Source: Octopus sinensis | Taxonomy: Eukaryota | Direction of reading: 5' to 3' | Assembly: GCF_006345805.1 (NCBI RefSeq) | Contig: NC_043004.1 | Span: forward strand, 44,826,001-44,890,000 | Length of the DNA: 64,000 bases | Shown: positions 24,291-37,037 of the stretch, piece after piece | How positions within the stretch are numbered: the stretch's first letter is position 1 | Layout: each line of letters starts with the position of its first letter | Notes under the pieces: generated by a model | What the model saw: the letters and a program-made list of their open reading frames with translations, nothing else | What the model was told of the DNA's origin: nothing | Databases searched by the model: none | Made by a program: the position numbers and the translations under genes

Positions 24291-27059
24291 TATATATGTG
24301 TGTGTGTGTGTGTATGTGTGTGTGTGTGTTGTTACGAGCTGGCTTTAAAGATATTCTCAGTCACTCTCATTTACACAGTCTTTATTTCCATAACTATCAG
24401 TTAATTGAAATTGTCTCCCTTAGGATTTGCTTTTAGATTTCAAACACCTCTGATCCATGCATGGAGAATTTATCTACTTATTGTTTGGATAATCTGAATT
24501 AATAGATGTTTTTTTCTACTATTTGTCTTTAGAGACTCTATTGTATGTGAATTCATTTGGCAGAAGCTCCTCTGTAGAACTTTTCTTCAGCCCTACTGCC
24601 GATTTTCCCTGCTTCAGTTATGCTGTTATTTCATGTTTGAAAGCCGTAAGTCATTCTAATTTTCTTACAGATGCCAACCATCTATTTAATCATATTCCTT
24701 GTGTAAAAGCTTCCACATTCCACCTGCTGACGTGTAGATGCTGGAAAATTACTAGACTAATGCTACTGGAATGGCTATAAATGCTTTTTATTACTTTAGT
24801 TGCTAAGAACATTTTTAAAGGTTATAAAGCGGCTAAAACAGTAGAAGCGACAAACAAAACGTAGTAATTAGTTACATACATATCCGATACTGTCTATCAG
24901 AGTTCAAATCATACTACATTCAGTATGCTTTCTATCCCTCTGGGAACTGAGAAATTGAATACCAATATAAGAGCAGTTTCGATTCAATAACAACACCCAT
25001 ATACCCAAAGATAAATCTTTGTTATTTAATCCCTAAATCCCTAAATCCCTAATAAAAACTAATCGCACTTCGTAGAACAGGTGAGCGTCAGCTTTGGCTA
25101 TAGTAATACAGTGTATTTCATAAGTTTGAGAAATTCGTAAACAGTGACAAGAAGAGGATTCTGCTATTCCTAATTGTCTCTTCGTCTAACGAACATGATT
25201 TATTCTCTAGGACCACACCAAACTTCAGATTCCTGTTCTCCCTTACGGCAATACGAGTTATATTAAGTCACGGAATTCGGTCTAAATATTTTCCTTCCTA
25301 ATCAATACTCAATTATTTCTTTCAGTTGGTCACGAATATCTCTCCAGCATTTATTTATTTATCTATTTATTTTGCCAAGTAGTTCAGCAGTATTTGTTTC
25401 GTCTTCATACTATGTGTATAGGATACGCTTAGCTAACAGAAACTTTCTTTCACGATTCCATCAACTCGGGTAAAACCAAAATAATCGAAATGTCCTCAAA
25501 TCCGAGGAGAATACAATGACCAAGGGATTAGCTCCTCTGTCGTGGTGTTAAATGAAGCAGAAATTTCCTCTTTGAGAAAGACGTTGTTCCTCCAAAAATG
25601 GCAGTCCCATGTCCATCAGGTACCTATAATCCTATAACCTCTAAAGTTAGATAAGTTTATGCAGTACAAAATGATGTGCTTTATTTACAAAACTATTGTG
25701 AATACGCATACGTCACCCAGCGAATTTAGAATTCTTACCTCTAAGAAAAAGTGACTAATTAAAACACAAAGTATTAAAACTACCATCTCTAAAATTCCTT
25801 CAAACAACATCAGCAAAAAATTCTTGCTTGGTAGATTATTTAACGATCTCGAAGGGACGAAAGTCCAAGTTGATCTCGGTGAAATTTGAACTTAGATCAG
25901 AGAGAGCAAAAGCAATATCACATGACGTTCTATCCGATACACTAACGATCCAGTCAATTCATCGCCTTATCAACGAACAAAACTTTTTTAAAATTTGAAA
26001 ATCTTTTACTAAATTCAAGTGGCATCATCCAAGAGTCTGTATGTTACTTCCCATAATTCAACACCATCAAGACAATTTTACAAATCAACGAGAAATCTAC
26101 TGTGGTCGCTCGACCAACCTTAAATAGCATCCTCATATCACGCTGTAGCCTTAGTTATGGTACATTGGATAATATAGTCTTAGGCTCCCAACAAAAATAA
26201 AGGTGAGATTGTTATAAGTGGAATGTCTCTGACCATAGAACTGCACCATCAAGGTTGACTTGAATTTTTAAAAAAACAACAGCAGATAATTAAGAACTAG
26301 ACTGGAAACATCAGACAAATCATCCTGAAACCATGCCTTATCGTTTTGAAGAAACGACGGAGACATTTGCACTAAGTAATTTAATCCCTTACATACAAAA
26401 GTAAAGACAGTCCCGGCTGAAACGCTTTTGATCATAGATCTGAGCTATTACAGATGACCTAGGCCTTAAACAACAAGAGATACAATCTAGTACGTACATT
26501 GAATAAAATATTTGTAAAAACTCAAAACAAGATCAAATAAAGATATCCAAAGGGGCAAGATAAAATATAAGGAAACACTACATGGTATTATTTTGCTTTA
26601 AGTATATAAAATGGTTGCCAATAAAAGGGGATATAGTTCAAAATTTATAATAAACAGCGATAAATAGAACTGGGAGATACCTTGATTTTCGTGAAATTTC
26701 GAATAAAGGCTCGGTAAATTTCTTTTGTTATAACATTTCCATCTTCGTGCCACTCAATTGATATAATGCCTCGGCTAATCACTGAACATTATTGAATTAT
26801 AAATTAATTCTACCGATTTAAGAAACTCAATTCTACAATCAATATCGTGTATTATCAGGTGAATATATCGTCGGAAATAATGCTTTTCACTCAGCTCTTT
26901 CATTATCAATTATCTCCTCCTCGTAGGACTACCAGAATTGGTAAACACAAATATAGGACATTTTTATATTTAAAATCAAATAACTATTAAATTCGTGCAT
27001 ACACATACCTAAAACATGCTGAGATTAACATTAAATGATTGGTCTCAGGAAAATACGTT

Positions 27060-28780
27060 GAAATGAAATAAATTGATACAATTCTAAAATTTAAATAACT
27101 TACCTTTAATCACATTTCACTTATGAAATACTTTTCTTGACAGGTCTTCGTTTTGCAGAACTTGATAATAAAATTCTTTGCAATGACAATCTAGGTTCCA
27201 CTTACATTGTTGTATAGCTTCCATTGTAGTCACATCCTGTTTATTTCGGTCTTTTGTCTGTTGAGCCTTCATTAATGAAAACACACACTCGGCATTAGTG
27301 CTATAAGCCTGTATGATGAACAACTTGTGGTGTAAAATTAGCAACTCTGAGAATTGCGCTTAAAATTCAATTTGTTGAAATACTAAACGCCATTTTCATA
27401 GCATAATTTTCTTTTGTATTTTTCAGGTTCACAATGCATCTCTCGTTCAACGATTTTCTTTTTGTTTTGTTTTAGTTTTTTTTCAATGCTTTCCAATGTC
27501 AAAAGAGAACATTATCATCAATTTTTACTCCATTCTAATTTAACCCTTGTTCCCATGTTGGAAGACTATTTAATAACATCCATGTAAAACCATCAAATTC
27601 TTCAAGAGCTGAAGTCCATTCCACACGTTATTCATAGCAATTGCTGCGATAATTATCCACTTCAAGTCGGAATTTCTTTTCTGTTCAAACTTAATGTCGT
27701 CACCATTAAGGCAATCCTTGATACTTAGAGGGATAAACCTTTCATTAATTCTTTCTGTTACATAGTTAATGAGTTCCTCGTTAATGCTGTTTGCTCTTTT
27801 TTTTCAGTTTGCATAATTCTATAGCTAAAAAGATATTGAAAACTATGATCATGAAATAAACAAACTTCGCTCAATAAATTGAAAATAGAAACAAGGATTT
27901 TCATGGATTTTTTTTCGGTACGTAAGTAACATTTCAGTACTTTGAATAAAGTGTTGATTCTCTTCCCTGATTTAATTAATGATGACAAAGAATTTTCGAA
28001 TATGAGAGAACTGAGGTAAATACAAACTCACAGACTTTCTTAATTTTTCAATTCGGCCAGTACAAATACTGAAGTCAGACAACAATTTCTGCATCAATTG
28101 AAAGAACATTAGCTGTAGTTTGACAAACATTATACAGAATATTAGTTGGTTGGCCTATTCTTATAGAATTCATCTTGCTTTGCTCCAATTTTAGATAGAT
28201 ACTATTGAAAATTTGTGCAGCGTCCACCATGTTCGTGTTGTCTCCACCAACAACTGTACATTTCTCAGTATCAACTTTAAAATCTGCAACAAGTCTTTCT
28301 TCAGATTCTTCCTATAGCATCTGGGGGTCTCACATGAACGTGATTACATCTGCAATAGAATCTTTTCTGGAAAATTGCAGCACAATAAAAGGGAAATTTT
28401 TTCTTCTTCTTGACGCTTTGTATTCATAGATTTACTATAAAAAGACGAGGCATTCATCTCTTTCACAGTTTCTGAAATTTCGTTGGGAGCTAATTAAAGT
28501 CTTATTATGGCAATACATTTCTTCCAAATGCGTGAATATTACTTGCAGTTTAGATTCTAAAATAACTCTTAGCAAAAGTTATTTGAGCTGAACGATTGAC
28601 AACACTGGACAGTGCAGAAGGCTTTTGCAGAAGGACACTGCAACTTATGCTTTTATTGTGCCTGCAGCGTCTCTATTTCTCTTGATCAAGAAATATGCTG
28701 CTGTTTTGCCGAGTAACGCGAGAGCAGAATACATCGTTTGTACTTTGCACTTTATATATCCTGTAGCATTATACTTTCTT
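27060..28780 (-). pseudogene. Decayed hAT transposase
   Basis: Minus-strand fragments in the expected order: KCTVVGGDNTN, ILYNVCQTTANVLSIDAEIVV, SSLIKSGKRINTLFKVLKCY (RWLS region), and STNAECVFSLMKAQ.TKDRN...CKWN..CKEFY (C-terminal dimerisation domain). Many stops and frameshifts. Confidence 0.75.
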
Positions 28781-28787
28781 CTATGCT

Positions 28788-30142
28788 CAGTATTGGTTTC
28801 AAATTTTGGCACAATGCCAGTAATTTCGAGGGGGAACCTAAATCGATTACATCGACCCCGATACTTAGCTGCTACTTATTTTATCGACCTTGAAAGGATG
28901 AAAGGCCAACTCTACCTCGGCGGAATTTGAACTCAGAACATACAGACGGACGATATGCCGCTAAATTTTGGGTCATCCCATAAATAATTTGGTGTTTTTA
29001 TACTTCTTGTACTTTTCAAAATTAAGATAAACAAATTTCTTTTTTAATCTAATATATACTCTCCTTCATTTTCTACAATGCTCTACCATCCATCTGTTAG
29101 ACTTGTAAGGCCCCTCTTCCAAAATTCACTTGTCCGTGGATGGGTAGGGCATCGGTTCCCATTCAAACTGCTCCAGCCTTTGGAATGTCATCATCACAGT
29201 ATGTGGCCGAGCATTATCCTGATGGACCAAAGGTGATCATTATTCTTCGAGCACTGACTTAAGCTGCTTAAGCTGCTCGCAGTAGATCTTCTTTGTTATC
29301 ATTTGTTTTCAGTTTAAAAGTTCAAAAAAGACTAAACCTTTCATATCCCACCAAACAGATAACAATGCCTGGGGTGCCGGATTTTCTTTAGCTTGGAGTG
29401 CCGGATTTTCTCCTTTCCCTAACCGCTACCTAGGGTTCTTGACATTTTTATAGAGAACCCTTTTCTCTCACCAGTCACTATTCGGTCCGAAAAAAGTTCA
29501 TTTGTGATACGTGAGAGTAAAGAAGAGCAAACAATCACTCTCTGCGAACGATTAGATTCGGATGGTTTGTGAGGAATCCACTGACCCAATTTGCTGACTT
29601 TTCCGATAGCACGCAGGTGTCGATGAATGGTTGAATGACCAAATACAAGCTTTTCTGCAAGTTCCTCAACAGTTACGATGAGATTTGTTTCCACCAGGAC
29701 GTCCTCGTCGACCTCTACAGATCTTCCTGAACGAGGCTTGCCTTCTAGGCTTTAGTTTCCAGCACAGAATTTCTGGAGCCACCGTTGACAATGGCTTACG
29801 TTTATTGTCCGATCCCTATATACTACATTAATATTCCTCGCCCTTTCAGTTGTGTAGTTGCCTTTATTGAACTCATAAAGCAAAATGTGCCGAATATGTT
29901 CCTTTGTCACTTCCATTGTAGCTTTGAAAAAATAAATGTTAAAATCAAACTGCCCTCTTCAAAACTCGCACTAAGAATAAGCACTAGGAAAATTATTACC
30001 TGCTTTTATAGTAAGTTGATGCAGGTAGTTTATCCCATCTCCCTCCGACTTTTAGTTCATGCAATTGAAAAAAACTGCATTATTCGTGGGATGACCCCAT
30101 ATTTTTCCCGATGTGCTAACTATTCTGCCAGTTCGCCGCCTT
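28788..30142 (-). mobile_element. SINE family B copy split by the mariner insertion (28788-28967 and 30100-30142)
   Basis: The two halves rejoin as ...CCGCTAAAT|ATTTTTCCCGATGTGCTAAC...CTGCCAGTTCGCCGCC. Confidence 0.75.
28968..30099 (-). mobile_element. Mariner transposon with TIRs, transposase decayed
   Basis: TIRs TGGGTCATCCCATAAATAAT and ATTATTCGTGGGATGACCCCA|TA. ORF 29419-29694 has STIHRHL..IGKVSKLGQWIPH (WVPHEL motif) and DRIVTG. Confidence 0.85.
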
Positions 30143-30718
30143 TGCTATGCAACATATTGAACGTATGAATACATATTCTACAATCAGCTTTAAAAAAAAA
30201 CTGTTTTCTAATAAACGTTCAATCTTTGGAATATTCATTTATGAAATTTATACATACCTTTCAGCATTTCACAAAATTTAGTAGAAAGCTGGAAAACACT
30301 GATGCACCTGTGACCTGCACAAAGAAAAATACATAACTGGCACACTGCTAAGTATGTGCAGCAATGTTGGCAATTGCATCAGTCAGGTAAATACACATAC
30401 AGCACGCGAAATGTATTTAACCTCTGGATGACGCATATGACGGATCAACCTAGGCTTTATAGCAACATGTCAAAAGGCTGAGAGTAACTGAGAGTAAACT
30501 ATATATTTCTAATATGTAATGAGAACAAATTTTGAATTATTTCCAACGAAACTTTTATATAAATTATTGGTCGCACAAAGTTTGTGTGTCTTGTGTATGT
30601 GCTCATTTGCTGCGGGATAGTAACTTGAGAAAGTTCCCTTGTTTTATGTATGCATGCATGTATGTATGTATGTATGTATGTATGTATGTATGTATGTATG
30701 TATGTATGTATGTATATA

Positions 30719-30768
<50 letters not shown>

Positions 30769-30870
30769 TATATAGGTTGTTAGATTGCTAATAAGCCACT
30801 CGTGACCACGTGTGTACCCTTGGCGATTTTTTCCTCAGTCTTCCCTTCTCTTGATCTTTCCTTCTCCTAT

Positions 30871-30905
30871 GTTTCCGACGAAGAGCTCTGCTCGAAACGT
30901 TAAAC
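30871..30905 (+). ncRNA. Minimal hammerhead ribozyme motif with variant core (CCGACGA)
   Basis: GTTT | CCGACGA | a | GAGC-TCT-GCTC | GAAA | CG | TT | AAAC. Stems I and II are 4 bp each, stem III is the palindrome ACGT, GUU triplet. It lies in a (TA)n-flanked island with a U-rich tail. Confidence 0.55.
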
Positions 30906-31056
30906 CCTCCTTCTTTCCTTCTTTCCTGAGCGTCCAAGAATACTATATTTGTTCCATGTCCTCGCGTTGTTGTGTTTTTTGTGCTTTCATGTTTGGATTA
31001 ACTATATATATAGAGAGAGATTATAATATATGTGATATATGCTCTTACATACACAC

Positions 31057-31089
<33 letters not shown>

Positions 31090-31374
31090 CGTCTTTATTC
31101 TAATCATCATGAAATTGACACTTAAAAGCAAATCTTCAAACCTAGCCAATCAACATCTCACACGTCAGTTAGCAATGTAATTCGCCCTGGTGAATTTGAT
31201 GGGTTTGTGGTTACCGTGGATAAGTTTTTACTCTTAATCAGTTTGTGGTCGTAATGGATTGAGACTGTAATATAAAACGGTCGTAGTGGCAGTAATCGTA
31301 GTGAAATTTAGATACCAAATACCGAACACGTAACACAGAGTAAAGTAAAGTGTCTTTCCGAATCATTTAGACTC

Positions 31375-31592
31375 ACGGGGACCGTTTCCCGTTTTCTCTG
31401 GCGTAAGTATTCCCCACCTGGACAGGACGCCGGTCTATCGCAGAGTTACTCACTTTTGCCAGCTAAGTGGACTGGAGTAACGTGAAATTAAGTGTTTTGC
31501 TCAAGAACACAACGCGTCGGCTCGTCCAGCAACCGAAACCGCAATCTCACGATCATGAGTCCAATACCCTAATCCCTAAGCCACGCTCCTCC
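31375..31592 (-). mobile_element. tRNA-derived SINE family D
   Basis: Minus-strand head GGAGCGTGGCTTAGGGATTAGGG...GGTTTCGGTT, followed by a GTTCTTGAGCAAAACACTT-type central domain. Confidence 0.65.
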
Positions 31593-31614
31593 AGCATTAT
31601 AGTGAATCAGTAAA

Positions 31615-32190
31615 GGCGGCGAGCTGGCAGAATCGTTAGCACATCGGGCGAAATGCTTAGCGGTATTTCGTCTGCGTTACGTTGTGAGTTCAAATTCCGC
31701 CGAGGTCGACTTTGCCTTTCATCCTTTCGAGGTCGATAAATTAAGTACCAGTTACGGACTGGGGTCGATGTAATCGACTTAATACCTATGTCTGTCCTTG
31801 TTTGTCCCCTCTGTGTTTAGCCCCTTGTGGGTAGTAAAGAAATAGGTATTTAGTTTGCCTCTACGTTCTGAGTTCAAATTCCGCCGAGGCCAACTTTGCC
31901 TTTCATGCTTTCGTGGTCGATAAATTAAGTACCAGTTATGCACTGGGGTCGATGTAATCGACTTGATCCGTTGTGTCAGTCCTTGTTTGTCCTCTCTGTG
32001 TTTAGCCCCTTGTGGGTAGTAAAGAAATAGGTATTTCGTCCGTCTTTACGTAATAAGTTCTAATTCCAACGAGGTCGGCTTCGCCTTTCATCTTTTCGAG
32101 ATCGATAAAATAAGTACCAGTCGAACACTTGGGTCAATGTAATCGGTTTCCTCTCCCCCGAAATTGCGGGGCCTTGTGCCAAAATTTGAA
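31615..32190 (+). mobile_element. SINE family B trimer (head + units starting 31663, 31846, 32031)
   Basis: 183- and 185-bp internal units joined at AAAGAAATAG|GTATTT. Confidence 0.85.
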
Positions 32191-32236
32191 ATCATTATTA
32201 TATTTCATACATTCAACACACATACAAACACATAAC

Positions 32237-32466
32237 CTATTTCTTTACTACCCACAAGGGGCTAAACACAGAGGGGACGAACAAGGACAGACAAACGGAT
32301 TATATCGATTATATCGACCCTAGTGCGTAACTGGTACTTATTTAATCGACCCCGAAAGGATGAAAGGCAAAGTCAACCTCCGGGGAATTTGAACTCAGAA
32401 CGTAGCGACAGATGAAATACCGCTAAGCATTTCGCCCGGCATGCTAACGCTTCTGCCAGCTCACCG
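32237..32466 (-). mobile_element. SINE family B long-tail monomer
   Basis: Reverse complement of head + one unit of the trimer. Confidence 0.85.
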
Positions 32467-33082
32467 CACATAACCATCTATTCATCTTCTTATCTATATC
32501 TCCGCTATCTTTCTATCCTCCTCCCCCCCCCCATCTCTCTCTCTCTTTCTCTCCCAGCCTCCTTTCAACCATCCATTCATAACAATAAGTGTGATTTGGT
32601 GCTCAACTCTTCATCAATTGTATGTAACATACATCATGTTTACTTAGACAAATGCTGTTAAGTTATGCGCGTCTAACAGCGCTTCTTCTCTTCGTTGTTG
32701 TTGTTGTTGCTACTGTTCAAGGTTGGCATCCGACTGAGGGTAAGATTTGGGTGATAACTGAATCTTCCGTTTGATGTTTTACAGTGTGTGTGGGTGGGAG
32801 AGAGGGTGAGCGAGGGGAAAAGCGAGAGTGACAGACAGACGGACGGACAGGCAGACGGACCGACAGAAAGAGAGCGTAGATAAGAAGTTTGGAGAGAACA
32901 GGAGTGAGTCTGTTTTGCGAGCAAGTAAGGGTGAGTGTGACGTAATACATGCATACATACATACATACATACATATAAACACAGAAGCACACACACGCAC
33001 ACACACTCACACACACACACGTACACATATTTGAGCGAGATGTGAGTAGTATTCTACGCCTATATAAAAGTGTTTGAGAGAA

Positions 33083-33134
<52 letters not shown>

Positions 33135-33500
33135 AGTGTGTGTGATTCTGGCAACAATTAGAAACTTTGCTTTCAATAAAGATATCAAGTGAATTGACTG
33201 CATTTGAAAGCAAAAGGGTAAAGCAACCGAGAAAGAAAGCAAGAAAGAAAGAAAGAAAGAAAGAAAGAGGCACGAGGAGAGCAGAGAATGAGGTTACAGA
33301 AAAGTGAAACGGGGAAGAGAAGACATTCTTTGAACGAAACCTTCGACAAATTTATCTCACTGCACTTGATGTCACCGAAAACAGTAACTGGTAAGTGAAT
33401 AGTACTTTCCACTCAAAATGCGAGACCTGAAATTTGAGGGAAGGTTGCTTGATGATAACATCGATTCCAGGACTCCACTGATATTTTATTCACTAAGGGA

Positions 33501-34080
33501 GGAGGCGAGCTGGCAGAAACGTTAGAAAGCCGGGCGAAATGCGTAGCCGTATTTCGTCTGCCGTTACGTTCTGAGTTCAAATTCCGCCGAGGTCGACTTT
33601 GCCTTTCATCCTTTCGGGGTCGATAAATTAAGTACCAGTTTCGCACTGGGGTCGATATAATCGATTTAATCTGTTTGTCCGCCCTTGTTTGTCCTCTCTG
33701 TGTTTAGCCCTTTGTGGGTAGTAAAGAAATAGGTATTTTGTCTGCCGCTACGTTCTGAGTTCAAATTCCGTCCAGGTCGACTTTGCCTTTCATTCTTTCG
33801 GGGTCGATAAATTAAGTACCAGTTACGCACTGGGGTTGATATAATCGACTTAATCCGTTTGTCTGTCCTTGTTTGCCCACTCTATGTTTAGCCCTTTGTG
33901 GGTAGTAAAGAAATAGGTATTTCGTCTGCCGCTACGTTCTGAGTTCAAATTCCGCCGAGGTCGACTTTGCCTTTCATCCTTTCAGGGTCGATAAATTATG
34001 TACCACTTGCGTACTAGGGTCAATCTACTCGACTTAATTCCCTCCCCAAAATTGCGGGCCTTGTGCCTAGAGTAGAAAGG
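33501..34080 (+). mobile_element. SINE family B trimer (units starting 33549, 33733, 33917)
   Basis: 184-bp units with the same junction as 31615-32190. Confidence 0.85.
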
Positions 34081-35149
34081 GATATTTTATCCATTCCCGA
34101 AAGCCTGAAAGGCAAATTTGCCCTCGATAGAATTTGAACGTAAAGACGGATGAAATATCGATAAATATTTTATCCGGCATGCTAATGATTCTACTACTTC
34201 CTATAACTGAATAATATACAGACATACGAGGAATATCAATAGTAGCCGAATCGATTTACTGCTGCTCTATCAACTCAAGAGAACAGCGAATTACTTATGG
34301 TCCAAGTTGTTAGAGTATGAGGATAGAATGACTTGAGATATATGTTTTGGTTCTCTGGCTTCTAAGTTCAAATTCCACTGGGGGCCAATTTTATCTTTTT
34401 TTCCTATTTTGATAAATAAAAGATCAGTCAAATAGCGGAGATCGTTTTCCGCGCTTCCTCCCCCCTCTCTCTCTCTCTTTCTCTTTCTCTCCCAGAATTC
34501 CCTACGACAGAGAGCTAATAGATCAGCGTTCGCATTAGGACTCCACCAATCAGTCGAAATGTCAAAAAAGAAAAGATCAGTTGAATTATCTTACGGCTTA
34601 TATCCTATCTATATTCGGCTTACATTTATCTATGGTCGAGACAATTGTCGTTTAATTCCATGTTAGCTCTGACAGAGCTGAACTATCATCAAAAGGCATT
34701 AATACCGCGACCGTCTTGTCTTTATAGGATTGACTTATCCAGTAAGCCATTCCCTTAAGTCTGAAGGATGTAATTTAATGAAAATTTTGCTGTTACTTCT
34801 TGTTAGATTAAGCGGACAGGTAAAAGTGTCTTTGTTGCCAGACCGTTGTAAAATATGGCACAATTCGATGTTATATCGCCCTCTAATATTCACTTTATGA
34901 ATTGCTACAACAGCAAGTAGGAGTGGTATTTATCAAGTCATCTTAAGTTGGGGGATTCTGCAAAAGCCGAAATCTCATAAGCAAAGAACCAGAAGATGGG
35001 CTGAAATCTTTGAGGTGAGAGAACTTATCGACTGTGTAATTAGTAGCTTTTCTGATGATCATATTGCCAACATTACGGCTGTGCATAAGCGACACGAATT
35101 TGGGAACTGGAAGGAAAATGGAACTACTGGAGCTCCTTCAAGTTAGCTG

Positions 35150-35559
35150 GGATCTTTTCGGTTTGAACGGCAGTTTTTTTAGCGGTGTCATATGAAATTG
35201 TCACCCATAATTGTGACTCTAGTATCGATCTATTGCATTTCAATCTGTTTTAGGGTTAGGGTTAGGGGTGGGGGAAGGGTATCTTTTTTTTTCACAAATG
35301 TAAATAAACCCAATCTGTTTCTTAAACGAGGGACATATTCATACGGTACAGAATGCTTAACTCAATAGACATCACTAATTGGTTGAAATTGCAGAAATTG
35401 AAGAAAAAAAACACAAATATCTTATAAACTATAAAATTTTCTCAATAAAGCCAAGAGAAAAAGATGTTTTATAAACACATTCTACCAGTATACGAAGTTT
35501 AAAATTTCTTAGTTACCTGGAAATTATGTTAAAAACTGCCGTTCAAACCGAAAAGATCC
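35150..35559. mobile_element. MITE copy 4 with 8-bp TSD GTTAGCTG
   Basis: TSD at 35142-35149 and 35560-35567; TIRs intact. Confidence 0.9.
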
Positions 35560-36818
35560 GTTAGCTGACATTAATAACCAGAGGAATTACGAAGGAGGGT
35601 TTCTGCAATAAAATGTGACTTATTTTACCTTCATTGAATCCTGAGCATACGAATATTTGCGTTCGCTTTATTTTCGCGAACATAATAACAGCTGGAAATT
35701 CGATTATTTGTTAGAAATATATATACTCAGGAAGAACCCTGCTGAGGTTTTCTTTTTTTTTTTCCACTCAGTTAAATCTTTCAGATTTTCTATAAACTTC
35801 ATTGTTAACTTATTTACACAACGTTTAAAGTGATCGATTGAGATGAAACTAACAGACCGAATCGACACATGGTACTTTAATAATTGTAAAATAACAGACG
35901 TGGTCATTACATCAATTTCAGTAATACTTCTTTGATGTAACATTTTTACATATTCTTTAGTTATACGAATTCACTTTTAATCACCGTCAACAAAAAGGAA
36001 ACGGTTGCGTAAGTATAATTCTCGGGTTTCAGTTACACAGAATGTGATTAATAAATATTTATGTGATCTTGAGATTGTATTTGGATAATTGATGTCCAGA
36101 TAAGCGAGGTTTGACTGAAATTATTTTAGATTTCATTAGCATATGGAAGTGAAGCTTCTGAAATAGATAGCATCGAACTAATATCGGGTGGCTTTTACTT
36201 CCTATTACGTCTTATGTTCGAATTTAGTTGGTTTTATTTTTATTTTTTGTGGGTGGTTTTGTGGGTGGGGGCTAGAGTGGGAGCAGATTGTTCTGGAGTA
36301 AAGAAGTTACGATCATAGACTTCACAGGTCCTTCGAGCTCGAAATCCGATATGGTTAAATTTATTCTTTTTAAAGTTACGGTTGACTACAGTTAAGAATC
36401 ATATTTCATCGGAATACAACAATACATATTAAGAATTTTCATCTGAGCAAAATCAAAGCAATGTGACAAAAATAATGACCAAAGATTTTAGAAGAAATAA
36501 TATAGCGTAATATATTACTGAGATCGGTTTTACGATAATAAGGAGAAGAAACGTTAAACCCATCAGGATTTGAATACAAAATAGTGACGTACCGAAGTAC
36601 TATTTGATTTGTTTGTACAAAATGTTGAGTTCTACGTCGGTTTCGACGATGAACAAACAGTGATTCGACTAGTTGAAGAATAACCAATTGAAATTAAGAT
36701 GAAATGACTGAGCGTTCTCTGATACTCACGTATGTTTGCTCTTGATGTCATTCCGGGCCGAAACGGTATGAGACATTGTGACAAGGATAGGCCTTAGAGT
36801 TATAGGTACAATCTAGAG

Positions 36819-37037
36819 CAGTGCTTTTCAACCTTTTTGCTGGAGCGGACCCCCAAGAAAACATTTCACTGGCTAGAGGAACCCCTGTGCAATAATTTAA
36901 TTGTCTTATGCACACATATCTGCACAGGAGAATTCAAAATTACTGTCGATTTTAGCATTTTTGTAACTTCTTGTGGAACCCCTGGACTGTACTGGCGGAA
37001 CCCTAAGGTTCCGCGGAACCCTGGTTGAAAACCACTG
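36819..37037. mobile_element. hAT (Charlie-like) MITE
   Basis: TIRs CAGTGCTTTTCAACC / GGTTGAAAACCACTG. Perfect 8-bp TSD ATCTAGAG, fitting the NTCTAGAN target preference of Charlie-type hATs. Confidence 0.9.

Noticed and set aside
24523-24780. Exon pair with AG...GTAAGT signals
   Set aside because: The implied downstream intron would be only ~25 nt, and no peptide was recognised.
31615-34080. CRISPR-like or intron-derived interpretation of the ~184-bp repeats
   Set aside because: The units are contiguous SINE bodies without unique spacers, in eukaryotic DNA. Although a unit begins GT and ends AG, the 3' end is purine-rich with no pyrimidine tract.
36735-36775. Hammerhead-like TTGATGT...GAAACGGTA
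   Set aside because: Two core mismatches and poor stem I register; at best a very decayed copy.
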